Shown here: piece after piece, positions 51,001 to 63,000 of the stretch | How positions within the stretch are numbered: position 1 is the first letter of the stretch | How the letters are laid out: each line of letters begins with the position of its first letter | Source of the DNA: Elusimicrobiota bacterium | GTDB lineage: Bacteria; Elusimicrobiota; Elusimicrobia; 2-02-FULL-39-32 | Direction of reading: 5' to 3' | Length of the DNA: 64,000 nt | Assembly: GCA_021730935.1 (NCBI GenBank) | Contig: JAKFYJ010000010.1 | Location: 6,500 to 70,499 of the forward strand | Translations under genes and position numbers: made by a program | The notes under the pieces: model-generated | The model's database searches: none | Seen by the model: only the letters and a program-made list of their open reading frames with translations | What the model was told of the DNA's origin: nothing

Positions 51001-54000
51001 GCCGCACGAAATCTTCAGAATGAGAAAATCCTTTCTTCCATGGCACGGGACCGCGAAAAAGATTCCACCGCGCGAGAAAATGAACCCGTCAAACAGGATA
51101 TCCAAGTCAAGAGTGACCGCATGATTTCGGAGAACATCAGCACCCCAAGAATTCCATTGCGCACAAACCCGGCTCCTGTCTCTGCAGCCTCCGGCGGGTC
51201 TGGCCCGGGGGGCGGAGGAAACGGCGGCCCTGGTGACGGAAAGAATCTCTTGAGTTTTATTTCACCGATTGCGTTTGGGTCATCGCTTATTTCTGGAACT
51301 CTTCCACTGGGTTCTCAAATCCAAAAAGTCGGCGAAGTCGCCTATAACGCCTCGGGACTTCCGCAGTTCCTGACCAATCCTTTCGGGCCCAAAGATGCTG
51401 TGACGGATTTCATTCCGTCTCGCGCCGAGCAGTCCGATCAGACTGCGGTTTCAAACGCCCCTTATGATGAGCGGCTTATCCAGGAAGTGAGAGACCGGCA
51501 GACAGCCAATGCTCAAAACAAAACGATGATGACCGTCATTCACGCAGATGATGCATTAAATTCTGATCCCAAAAACAAAATTTATGACCGTCTCAAAAAC
51601 AGCGTGTCCGCAAGACTTTTCAGGGAAGAAATTGAACGGGCGCGCCAAGCTTCAAGAATCGCCGGCAACAGCAACTTCCTTGACCTTTTTGTGCAGGGAA
51701 GATTTTCACGCGGACCGCTCTTGAGATATAGTCCGGATTCCACTTCTCCTGCAACCAGACTCGACGGATCGTCGTCAGACATCGGCCGCGCGGCGGGACA
51801 GATTCTCGGAAGGACATTCGGACAGGGACAGGGTATCCGCGGATTAAGTGAGAACTCCAACCCTTTGTCGCCCTCAGATTTTGCCCCGCACAATTTAATC
51901 GCGACGAACGGCGAACTTATAAAAGAGGTCGTGAACGCCGCGGTATCAGCGGTCAACGCTGAAAAACCAAAACCCGTCAGCATCGATAAAAACTCTACAG
52001 TCCGGATCAAGGAAACTTCTCAAAAAATCATGGATTCGGACGAGTATTTCCGTCAGTTGGGTCAGCCCATCGTTCAGAGCGCTAAAACACGGCAAAGGAC
52101 TTCAACTCCTGCCAGACCTGATGCGCAGAGTGTCGAAAGACAATCGCCGATAAACCTCGTGAACTCCGCGGCCGTTCAGAGTTTCCTCGGAATCGACAGA
52201 GAACGGCTTCAAAACTTGATTGAACACGGGGAAAATGACGGATATTTCACCATCGGACTTCTGAGTTATTTCCTCGGACACGACGATCCTTCAACCGCGG
52301 TGATTGAAGGACAGGGATATTCCGCCGATCAAGTTGATCAGCTCTTTCAGAAATTCGTCTTTTTAAAAGACAATCAAGCGTTTATGAAAATATTCAATCT
52401 TGACGGCCGAGACGGAAGGTCACTTTTGTCTGACTTTGAATCTGCCGGAATTTTGACTTATTTTGCGGACAGTTTGAGAGATGTGAACGGAGACGGACGG
52501 CTCGACTTTGTCGTTCCGGGCGGCTCTCAGTCTGCAGTGTCGCAAACGCCTTCCGTTCAGGACTCGATCCGGAATTTTGCTTCGTCTCTCGGCCAAAACG
52601 CGGTGGATATTGTTGACGGAGTTCCGGTCCTGCGGTTCACTGACGCCGCGGGAACGCCCTATGTTCCGGACGCTCTGGACGCCAATCTTTTCTTCTCAGC
52701 ATGGGCTGGGATTCTCTTTAGTGAGGTTTATGGTGATTTCACAAACCCTGCGGCTGAAAGCTCATATCAAGGACTGAACCGTCTCGGACTTATCCTCCAA
52801 ACGGCAAGCGCAGATCCCAAAGAAAGATCCACTGCAATAACCGTTCTTGCTCATTATGGCGTCCTGGCCTTGCGCTTTGAGCCCGTGAAAGATGCGAACG
52901 GAAAAATCATCGGCGTTACGCAGAGAATATGGACCGATAGAAATCAGGACGGGATTGAGACTCCGGATGAGGTTTTTACGGCCCCTCAAACAATGGATTC
53001 CGACACGTATCTTCAGAGCATCATTTTTGCCAGCCGGCTCCCCGGCGTCCGCGTGCGTCTTGAAAATCAGGAAATCATTTTTATCAATCCGAGAACGAAT
53101 GAGCCTTATATCACCGTGGATCTCATGACGCTCGCTGGTCTTAAAGACGGAAACGGAAATCTCACTGCTCAGGCCTTGCAGGCGATTGCTGTGTTGGCGT
53201 ACAGCGAAAACACGGCTCTGAAACTGGTCCCCATTTGGAGCAGTGACGATCCTGCGACGCGGCGAATTGTCGGCGGAAGAATGGAAATCTGGCATGATTC
53301 GAACGGGAACGGGGTTTTGGACGGTCCGGAAGAACTTGCAATGCCTCCTCAAAACATAGATCCCGATGTCCTGGCGCATGGAGCGGCCTATATTTCAAGT
53401 CTGACTGGCGTTGTCGAATATCATTCCGGAGACGCGGTTGTGATGACCTCTGACGGACGGCCTTTCATGCGCATTGATTTGGAAGTCCTCTCCGGTATTA
53501 AAAGTGAAAACGGAAAACCCACTGCTGACGCAGTTTTGGCCCAGTCAATTCTGGGACTTTATTCCGGACTTTCACTTTATGTCAAAGCCACGGAAAACGG
53601 CCTCGTGCTTCGAAGATACACCGACGTTGATCATGACGGAAAATTCACCGAAGGAGTGGACAAGCCTGCATCTCCGGACGAATCAATTGACCCCAACGAA
53701 TCTGCGTGGCTTCAGGTTCAAATCAGCGAAATGCCGGAGATGGTGAAGCTCGTTTCCTCCAAGATCTATCAGCAGCTGCAGGTCCAGGCCAACGGTGAGG
53801 ACAAAGCAGCGGCGAGCCTTGCCAAGGGTTCCCTCGGCAAGATTCAGGCCTTTGCTGATCTTGGATTCATCGATCAGGAAGGGTTCCAGAGAGACCTGAC
53901 GGGTAAACAAAGGGAAACAATCCCTCTCGAAGAAAATATTCGCGTCCAAAATATGCTGATCAGTCATCCCGCAATGTTGGCGGAGCTTGACCCTGAGGCC

Positions 54001-57000
54001 GCGAAATTCCTGCGCGTCAACGGCAAACTCAATAACATCGCGGACCTTGAAGCTCTTTCCGGAGACAAAAACGCCAATCAATCAGACCGTCTCATGGCCC
54101 AAAAGATTTTGGGACTTGGAGCGTTCATTGCCGGACTCACCACCAAAGTTATTTATGATGATCAGGGGAACCCGGTCAATGTCCTCCTCTCAGTCGTTGT
54201 CAGAAAATATGGCAAAGAGTCGCGGCTGGACTTTCCGCTTCGCTCCACAGATCCTCGCCCTGCCAAGATGCTTTATGACCTGTTCTTAAACGCACATGAA
54301 GCGGTCCTAATGAACATCGAAAACTTTGCGAAGATTATTAATGAAGGACGGGGGGAATTCATTCCTGTTAATCCCACCACAGAGATGCTGGTTGATCCCA
54401 ACGCGTTCCTGGGCAGTCTGTTCTTCGGGAATTACGGCGTCCTCACACAGCCCGTGACCTTTGAGATGTTCGGATTGGACAACCTGTCGGTCGATCTGGA
54501 CGGTGACGGAAAGCCGGACGAGGTCACTCGTTTCAGCATTTTAACCGCCTCGTCCAGAAACCCTGCGGACGGGGAGACGCCTGACGAAAAGCTTGCGCGG
54601 GAATCCAACAACGAAAAAATACAATATATTCAAAAAGTCAATTCAATTGTCACTGACCTTGCCCTGAACCGCGGCATTTACGAAAAAGAAACGGGCAAAG
54701 ATATCCAGGTGATGCTCAGAGAAATGAACGAAGCGGCCAATGGAGATTTCAGAGAATGGGTTCGGACAGCATATGGCCGAGAGCCCAGGATGACGGAAGG
54801 CGATTTTTATTTCCTCCTGTTCCTCGAAAGAGACGCCTCCATCCGGGGAGTCACGATCCATGATCTTCTATATGACAAGAGATTCAAGGCGGAGCTGATT
54901 CTCACGAGAATATTCTTTGACTCCGGCATCGCCCAAAGACGGAGCGTGGCGCGGTGGGACAAAAAACTAAGCGAAGATATGTTCAGAGATGTATTGATGA
55001 ACCAGGCGGAATATGTCGCTGATCTCCTCAATGACGCCAGCACCGCCACGGAACAAATTGACAGAAGCCGCGTCACACTCCTCCAATTGTTGAAGGATTT
55101 TGACGATGCCAAGCGCAAAGTCGCCGCCGGGATTGAAAAGACAGACATTCTGAAGGATTTGGAATACAGGATTCTGTCCGAGGACCGGCAATTAAGAAGT
55201 TTTCCCAACACTCTCGATGATGCTGTGATGAACTTGAAGAATGTTTTGGGGTATAGTCCTGCGGATCATGTCACATTTGATTCAGATGCTGAATCCGTCA
55301 ATAAACTGCTGACTGCTTTCGGCGTGCCTGATCATCATTCACTTACAATTCAGCTGGCTCAGCAGCGGGTGGAGAGGGCGCGAGCCGCAATCCCTTCCGA
55401 ATATCCGATTTCTTTCTCACTTAGAGACTCCATAAACCTCCTGCGCGTTGTTTCAGGAGGCGTGGACCCCATTTCTGTTCTGAACCTTGAAACGCGCGGC
55501 AATTTTATCGACCCTTCAAGAAGACACCGAATCAATGCCGCGATTCTGGCCTATGCCCAAGCTGTTTTTGATCTGGACAAGATAACGATAGAAGAAGCCG
55601 GAAAAGCTCGAGACGCTGGGCGGCTCCTCTCTTTCTGGGAGAGCGAACTCAAGGCTGTTGAGTCAAAAGTTTCCAACCTCACGGCAAGGATCCGCGAAGA
55701 AGAAATCAAAGTGGCCGCTGACAATGCTCCGCTCAGGACTCTGGAGGATCTGAGGTCACAGCTTGATGACGCCAACAAAAGTCTGATCACTGCAAGGCGC
55801 TCATATTTGAGATATCAAAATCAGTCTTTAAAATTTGTGAATCCCGTCGCGCCTTTTGAGGGGCCCAAAGTCAGTCCGGTGGTCAGATTCCTTGAAGGGT
55901 CCGAAAAAGTTGTCGCGAATGTCCTCCATCCGCAAGCCGCCGTGTTCAAGGGGATCAAGTTTATCGGCAAAATCTTTGGAAAGACAACCGTCAGTCTTGA
56001 TGAGACGCTCAGAAACATCCGAACCAATCCTTTGACGCAGGCGTCAGCGCCGTTCGGCGACAGCTCAGAAATCGGAAGCGTCATAAATCAGGCTTTGGAG
56101 CGCAATGAGGATTTTAGAAAGGCGGTGACCCAGATATCCATCGAAAATTCAAACCAAAAGGCCCTGTCAGGTTCAAAATGGCCTTCCATCAGTGTCATCG
56201 GAAGATATTTTTCGTTCCTTGATCCGACCGGCGTTAATCCTCGCAAGTTCGGCGATTTCCTGACGAAAGGCGATCTCTTCCTGAACCTGGGCCTCAATTG
56301 GTCCGCTTATGATTCCCAGCGCGCCGTCAAGCGCCACATGATTCAAAACAATCTGGATATCGCGCGCCTTGGAGTGGTTCAGACTGCAAACAAGTTTTAT
56401 TCTGCTGTTGCCCGATCGCTTCAGGATCGGCTTAATCTTAAACTGCAAATTGCGGCGACAGAAAGCTATATTGATAACCTCAAAGAGCAATATGAAAACA
56501 CGCGCCGTTATAAGGATTCAAACATCGATGTGAATGTGGATCAGGCTAGCCTGGAGCGGCAGATTGAAGATGCAGAAAGTTCAAGACGGGAAACTCAGGA
56601 GAACCTCATCCTTTCGGAAGGCAAGATTCGCGATCTCGCGGGAAACCAGGCAAACGATCTGCTGATCCGCTCGGAATCCATGACCCCTGACCAGCTTGAA
56701 AAAAGCCTCAGCTTCATGCGTTTCGAAGGCCTTGTCCGCGAGGATAAAGTGAATGGAAAAACCGTTTCTGTCTTCACGGATCATGCCCAAGATGAAATAA
56801 AATCTTTCAGATCCAACCTTGATGCCGCCTCGGATGCTCTCAGAGTCCTGCAAGCCCGCGAAATCGTGGAAAATTTAAAATCTGTCAAAAAATCGTCGCC
56901 ACGAGCTTTCAATAAGGCCGATACCATTTTTAATCAAATGAATGTTCTCTATGATAATCCCAAAATGGCCCCGGGTCTCAAAACATCACAGCTGGACCGG

Positions 57001-60000
57001 CTCCTCCAGGATCTCTTCACCCTTGCGGAAAACTCTCCCGAAATTTTGATCGTGAAAGCGAAAAGGATTGCGATAAACCTGGGATCAAATTCAAAACTCG
57101 CGGACGATGAGGTTCTCGCCATGGAAGAAATCTGGAATGATGAGAAACTTTCTCCTCGCGACAAAAAAAATAAGCTTCAGACGGCTTTTGAAACCCTGCA
57201 CCTCAAAGTGCACGGTTCGGACCTTGATTCAGCAGACTCCGAAAGAATTCAGACTTTAAGAGACGCTGTCGAACGGCTTAAAACCGTCGCGTCCGGTTCG
57301 GACGACGCCATATCCCAGCTCGAAAAAATTTCAGCGATTTTAATCGCGGACCGCACCCAGGCCAGGCCTGAAGGAATTGTTCCAATCTTCTCGCGCCTGA
57401 GTGAAACACTGAAGTGGAAGGGACGCGAAGGAATGTTCCTTTCTGAAATGTTCCAGACCTGGGACACCGCTTTCATGGGCCGTTTTGATCCTTTCGTCGA
57501 TTACCGCATCGCTCTCAAAGAATCAGAAATCCATCAGATGTCCGCTCTGGTTGCAAATGGAATGGAACCCATCTCTGTTAATCTCGAATCCATCACCTTG
57601 CTCCATAAGAGCTTGGATCCGAATAACCCTGAGAACAGCTCTTCAAACGCAAGGAATGATCCGAACAGTCCCCAATATCAGTCCGGAAAAATAAGCCAGG
57701 GACTCGTGAAATACGGGACCCTTGCGATCCCGGTCATCCCCGCCAAAGCCATGGGCGGAATCTATAAGGTTTTTGATAAGCTGAAGCTCGGGAAAGATCC
57801 TGTCACCCGCACAATGTTCTCAATATTTCTCCCCGGATACAGTGAAAACAGGGCGCGGCCTGCCAGAGTTCTCACTGAACGGGACAGAGCCAGAAACGCG
57901 TTCCGAAACGCGGATAATGTTCTTTTGAGAACCGTGAATCAGATCAATGGCGACATTCAGGCGTATCTCGAATCAGACGAGGTAAATTACGAAGTGCTCA
58001 CGCAGGCGCAGGAACGCATTAGCGCGCAGGTCCCGGATATGGATGAACCACTCCCTCCGCTTGAATCGAAAAGCAGAAATGACACCATGCGCGGTTTCCT
58101 TAAAAATATCAACGTGCTAGTTACAAATGCCGGTGCAGTTCGGAGTGTGAGCCGCAGCAACCTTCTCTCACAGGGTATTAATCTTGCAGGGATGAGCCGT
58201 CAGACTTCAGGCGATGCCGGAGAAAGACTGATCGTCGGATTCTCCCCAGGCTCTCAATTGGCCGCTGGAAGTCCGCGCGTCGTGCAGGCGGAAGGCAGGG
58301 CCAAAGTTGAATCGGATATTCTTGAGGCGATGAAGATTGCGGGGACCCGCTCGCGCGCAAGCTTGAATTTTGTTCCTGATCCTGAATTCCTCACCCAAAC
58401 ACACCCCGGAAAATTTTTGTGGAGCACCGCGCGGAACCCTTCGCTGGGCATGACTCTGTTTGACCGTTCTTCAATAACTCCGGCCCAGCTCCGAACCCAG
58501 GAACATCGCGCCAAATGGGCTGAGATCGGCGTGGATGCTGAGAAAATGCGAAGCGCAGACCAGATCGAAGACGCCTATGGCCAGATTGCTGAGCTGCTGG
58601 TCGCTCAACAGATGCCGGAAACCATCCGGCAGACCATCCTCCAGAAATTTGGATATGTGACGGGGGCCGGTTTTAAAGGCTCATTGGAAAATCTGAGCCA
58701 GGAACAAACACAGAATCAGTTCAGGAATTTGTTTTATACCGCTTCCAGCAACCTGTCTCACGCGATGGCCCAGCTTAAAACTGCGGCCGGAATCAACAGC
58801 GGCTATCTCATTTCAGCGTCGCTTCCTGAAAACTTTGACAAGATGGTTTCACTGGGAACCAATATCACGGCGCTTGTCCAGCCTGATTTCATCACGCTTC
58901 CCGAAGTCAGGCAGATGAATGAGGATTTCGACAGGCTGAAATCTCAAAACGCGGCAGTCCGGCAAGAAAGACTCTTCCCCGTGATCAACGCCAATATCGT
59001 CAGAAACAGATTTTCAGACACCACAGAACTTCAAACACAGCTGTTTTGGAGATTTGTCGGGGAAAATGTCAACGCCAGAAGCGCGACCCTGAAGAGTTTC
59101 ATGCGGACCGTTGACCTCCAGATCGAAGACCGCACTCGGAATCTTGCAAATTTCAATGAAAGACAGAGGTCAAACGTCACCCGCGCGGCTGAACAGCTTG
59201 AGCAATTGGACAAAGAAATCTCTATCGTTTCAGATCTCCTCACCAAGAGCAATGAACAATATGAAAGAAATGAAATCACAGTCGCGCCGGTGATGTCCCT
59301 CGTGAGCCGGCTTGGCCAGCTCTATCGGGACCGGATCCATGTCGTTATGGTTTTCGCCACCACCTATGATTATTTGGCTGAAATCTCCGGACTGGACAAC
59401 CTTGAGACAGTCATGAAAAAACAGGGAATGGTTGATTCGGACGGCGAGTCTTCAATCACCAATATCATCAGGGAACTCAAGCCGCAGATTGAGGAACAGG
59501 AACGGCTGGCCGCTGAAAGCAAGGATAAGCCTTATGTGATGCCGGCTGACTGGGCAGGTTTGAAAGACCGCGCCCCTCCGGCTTTCGTTCAGAACCCCGG
59601 CAAACCCGCGATCGCGTTTCAATCGCAGACAAAAGTTTTCTCCATCGCACGAAAAGGTCAGCCGTTCAACATGTCGATCGGCCATCTGTCCATCGCTCCT
59701 GCCTCTTTAAATCAGTCGATGGCGGAGTTTATGAAGTCGCAAAACATTCCGGACACCGATCTGCACATCGTTAACCACGCTGATTTGGCAGGGCTCCTGC
59801 ATGAAGCGCTTGGGAATGATGATATGCGCTATTCCATCCCTGAATACAAGCGCGAACAGATTTCCAGGAATTTCTTCCGGGTCCTTCCCAGAGTTTATGA
59901 ATCTCTCAAGGGAGCCCGAAGCCCGGATGACTTGCCGAACATTTTATCTTCCTCGGTTTTTGACGCCTATGCTTCCCGCCTCATTCCCAAACTGAATGTT

Positions 60001-63000
60001 CTTCTTTCCAGCCCTGAAGTTCAGTCTCAATCCGATTCCAACCTCGTCAAGAAATTCGCGCTTGCCTTCATGTATGCCGTTGAAATGACCGAGGAGGTTT
60101 CAGAATCCCAACAAGACCGTTTCCTGACGGATCGAGTTGACTATGACCTGAACATGCTCCGGATCGGACTTTTGAAGCGTCAAGGCGACCGCGCAATTTC
60201 TCAGGAAGATTTTGAAAAATACATGACTTGGGAAGCGGATCGGGGAAACCTCTGGACCCGTCTCATGATCACCAAACGCATGCCGGCCGCAGACAAAGAC
60301 CGTTATGTCGCCGCCGCTCACAAGTTCATTGCCCAGTTTTTCCCGAAAACCGAGCAAGCGCAAGCCCTGAAAGATCGAGAACTCACCAAGTTCGGCGACT
60401 TGCGCCTGGAAAGCATGTATCGGTCCCTCATGTCGTTTGCAATGGCCAACAATCTGACTCCTGAAGACCTCAACAACTACATGAAAGTGGTGGGCGGGTT
60501 CATTCCCGAAGTTCAAAAGTTCACGTCGCAGGCCACCCTCCAGGATTTGTCACAATTAGCCGAGTCCGAACGAATCCGTCTGCTCTTGGAACGGCTCAGC
60601 CCGGCTGACACGCGCTGGAGCGCCGACGAAAAGAGAAGTCTTGAAGCACAGCTCAAAATTGAAATTGAAGAAGCCAGAGATTCCATGACCCTTTCCATCG
60701 CCATGTTCTGGAGCCAGGAATTCCTTCGCGATTTTGCATTCCTTCGAGACGGCAAATATGATTTAAAAGCCGCTTCTCAGGGCGCCACCCTCCGGCTGAT
60801 GCAGGCGAACTTTAAGTCGTTTATGGATAAAGCGGCTCAACTCCGCGAGATGAAGGCGACCATAGACGGAGTCCCCAATGTTAATCCGGTTGAAGTTCTT
60901 CTTCAGCGCCAGAGAGGTCTTTCTTCCGGGCAAAAAATCAACTGGTTTGAAGCGGAGAATCAGGGATTTGTTTCATCTCTGGTCGTGGACTCCATCAGGG
61001 AGAACTGGGACACGATGCCTTCCCAGCAGAACGAGCTTCCGGAATTAAAAGCGCACCTTCTGAATTTGGTCTCTCTCTCGAATGACGCGTTCAATCCCGG
61101 AAAATCCAATGGACATCTGCAGAACGTCAAAAAATATTTTGACTTAATCGGACGCCGCCTCGACTTCAAACTGAAACCTGGAAACGGATCCGATCCCGCC
61201 GAAATTAAAACGGAGTGGGGAGTGCTCAATGGGATGCTGATCGGCCTCGAGCATATCTATAGAAAAATTGGTCTGACTGAACAGGAAATCAGACAAGGGC
61301 TTGAAGATTATGTTTTAGTGCGCGACATCATCGTCAAGGAAAACATAGACATCGCCGAGAGCCTGGACACCTATTATCTGACGGCCGCGTATCATGCCGA
61401 CGACATCGACACCGGGGAACGGCTTGACCTTTCGCTTCCCCGGCGGGCCGCTTTCAGACAAATGATCGAAAAAATCGCTTTGGACAACGATCAGCGCATC
61501 AAGGCAAGCCTTGAATATGGAAGCGACAATAATTTTGCCTCCAAAGCTATTCACGAGATATTGAGGCAGTATCAATCCAAACAAAAATCGGAACGCGCGC
61601 AGAGGCAGAAAGAATATCGCGATGAAATCGCTCGGGACCCCGTGACAAGCATCGAACGGATGAAGAGTCTCCTGGCTTCAAAAGCTCGAATCGCCTTTAA
61701 GGAAATTTCTCTCGACAAAGAAAAGTTTTTAGACAGCACACAGCTGTCCTTTTTGGCCTACCGCATGGTTGAATTTGGATATACCCCTGAAGAAACTCTT
61801 GAAAGATTTGTTTATCTCATGGAGCGCGTCAAAGAGCACTATCTGAATGTGTTCAAAATGCCCCTCACTCAGGAAGATGAGTTTTATATCGCATCCTCCG
61901 CGGACGCTATCTGGCAAAAATGGGGTTATATCGATCCCAAGGACAGGCCGGAAGTTGACAGAAGAATTGCGGCCTTGCCTAAGATTGGAAACATCCAATT
62001 TCACAATCTCGAAGAACTCATTCAGTTTGAAGTGAATAACTCCAGCCAGAAATATTCAAGCATGAAAGCCATCATCAATATGGATTCGTTCCAGGAATTG
62101 GCCCGCGCACAGGGGAGAAAAATCACTTCAATCCCGGCATCACCGCCAGGGACGATCGACAGCGTTTTCAATGCAGAGACTCAGAATGTTTCCTACAAAG
62201 CTCTCACAAACTTGCGCTACGGCGTCATTCAGGGAAGGGCATCCGGTCAGCCCGACCGTCCCGTCGACCATATCGTGATCGATAACACCCAGGACCGGCG
62301 TTCAGACACAAAATCAACCAATATAGCAATGGACCTCCTCTCTGCGATCACCGCTTATGAAAGCGGCAAGGTCTCATTCAAGCAGGCGGAATACCTGGAT
62401 ACGGTCAACCATATCCGTCAGGTTTTGTCCGCACTGAAGGAACTTAAAGCCGGCTCTAAACCCGCTCCCGGGAACATTTTCCCTGAAAACATAGATATCG
62501 GAACCTCCCTTAAACCTCATCGAGAGCCCGATGGCACGGTGCGTTATTCTTCAATTGATTCCGGCTGGCTGACCTTCGCTCTGTCCGTTGTTTATAACTA
62601 TTTTGGAAAGAGTGAGGACGGTTCGCCCAGAGATCCCGGTCTTGCCGCGGCCGCGTGGGACCTCATTAAGGATCAGGATTACGGCGTTTTCGTCCGTCCT
62701 GAAGACCGCGGTCAGCTGAATCAGCTGTTCACGCTTGGCTCAGCGGGGGAAATTCGATATTCTGCCAACCATTATCTTGACAGGAACAGCGAAGCCCGGG
62801 TCATCGTTCCCGCACTCACAGCGATAAAGAACGCGCAAGGCCGCAACATGCTCCCGGAAAGCGCGTGGGACGCGATGGAATACAATTCCTCGGACCAGCA
62901 GGGTCTCAAAGTGGCGAACGGATATAAATTCAACGGTTTCGTAGAAATGATCGGGAACGCGTTTTTTGACGAAGCGGCCCTTGCGCCGAATGCCCTCGGC

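Noticed and set aside
57163-57170. A8 tract in gene 2 (also A8 at the 3' end of the receiver gene, ~43948-43955) as phase-variation sites
   Set aside because: A/T runs of 8 are common in lysine-rich coding sequence (AAA AAA). The positions are deep in the gene or at its very end, so no special significance can be argued.
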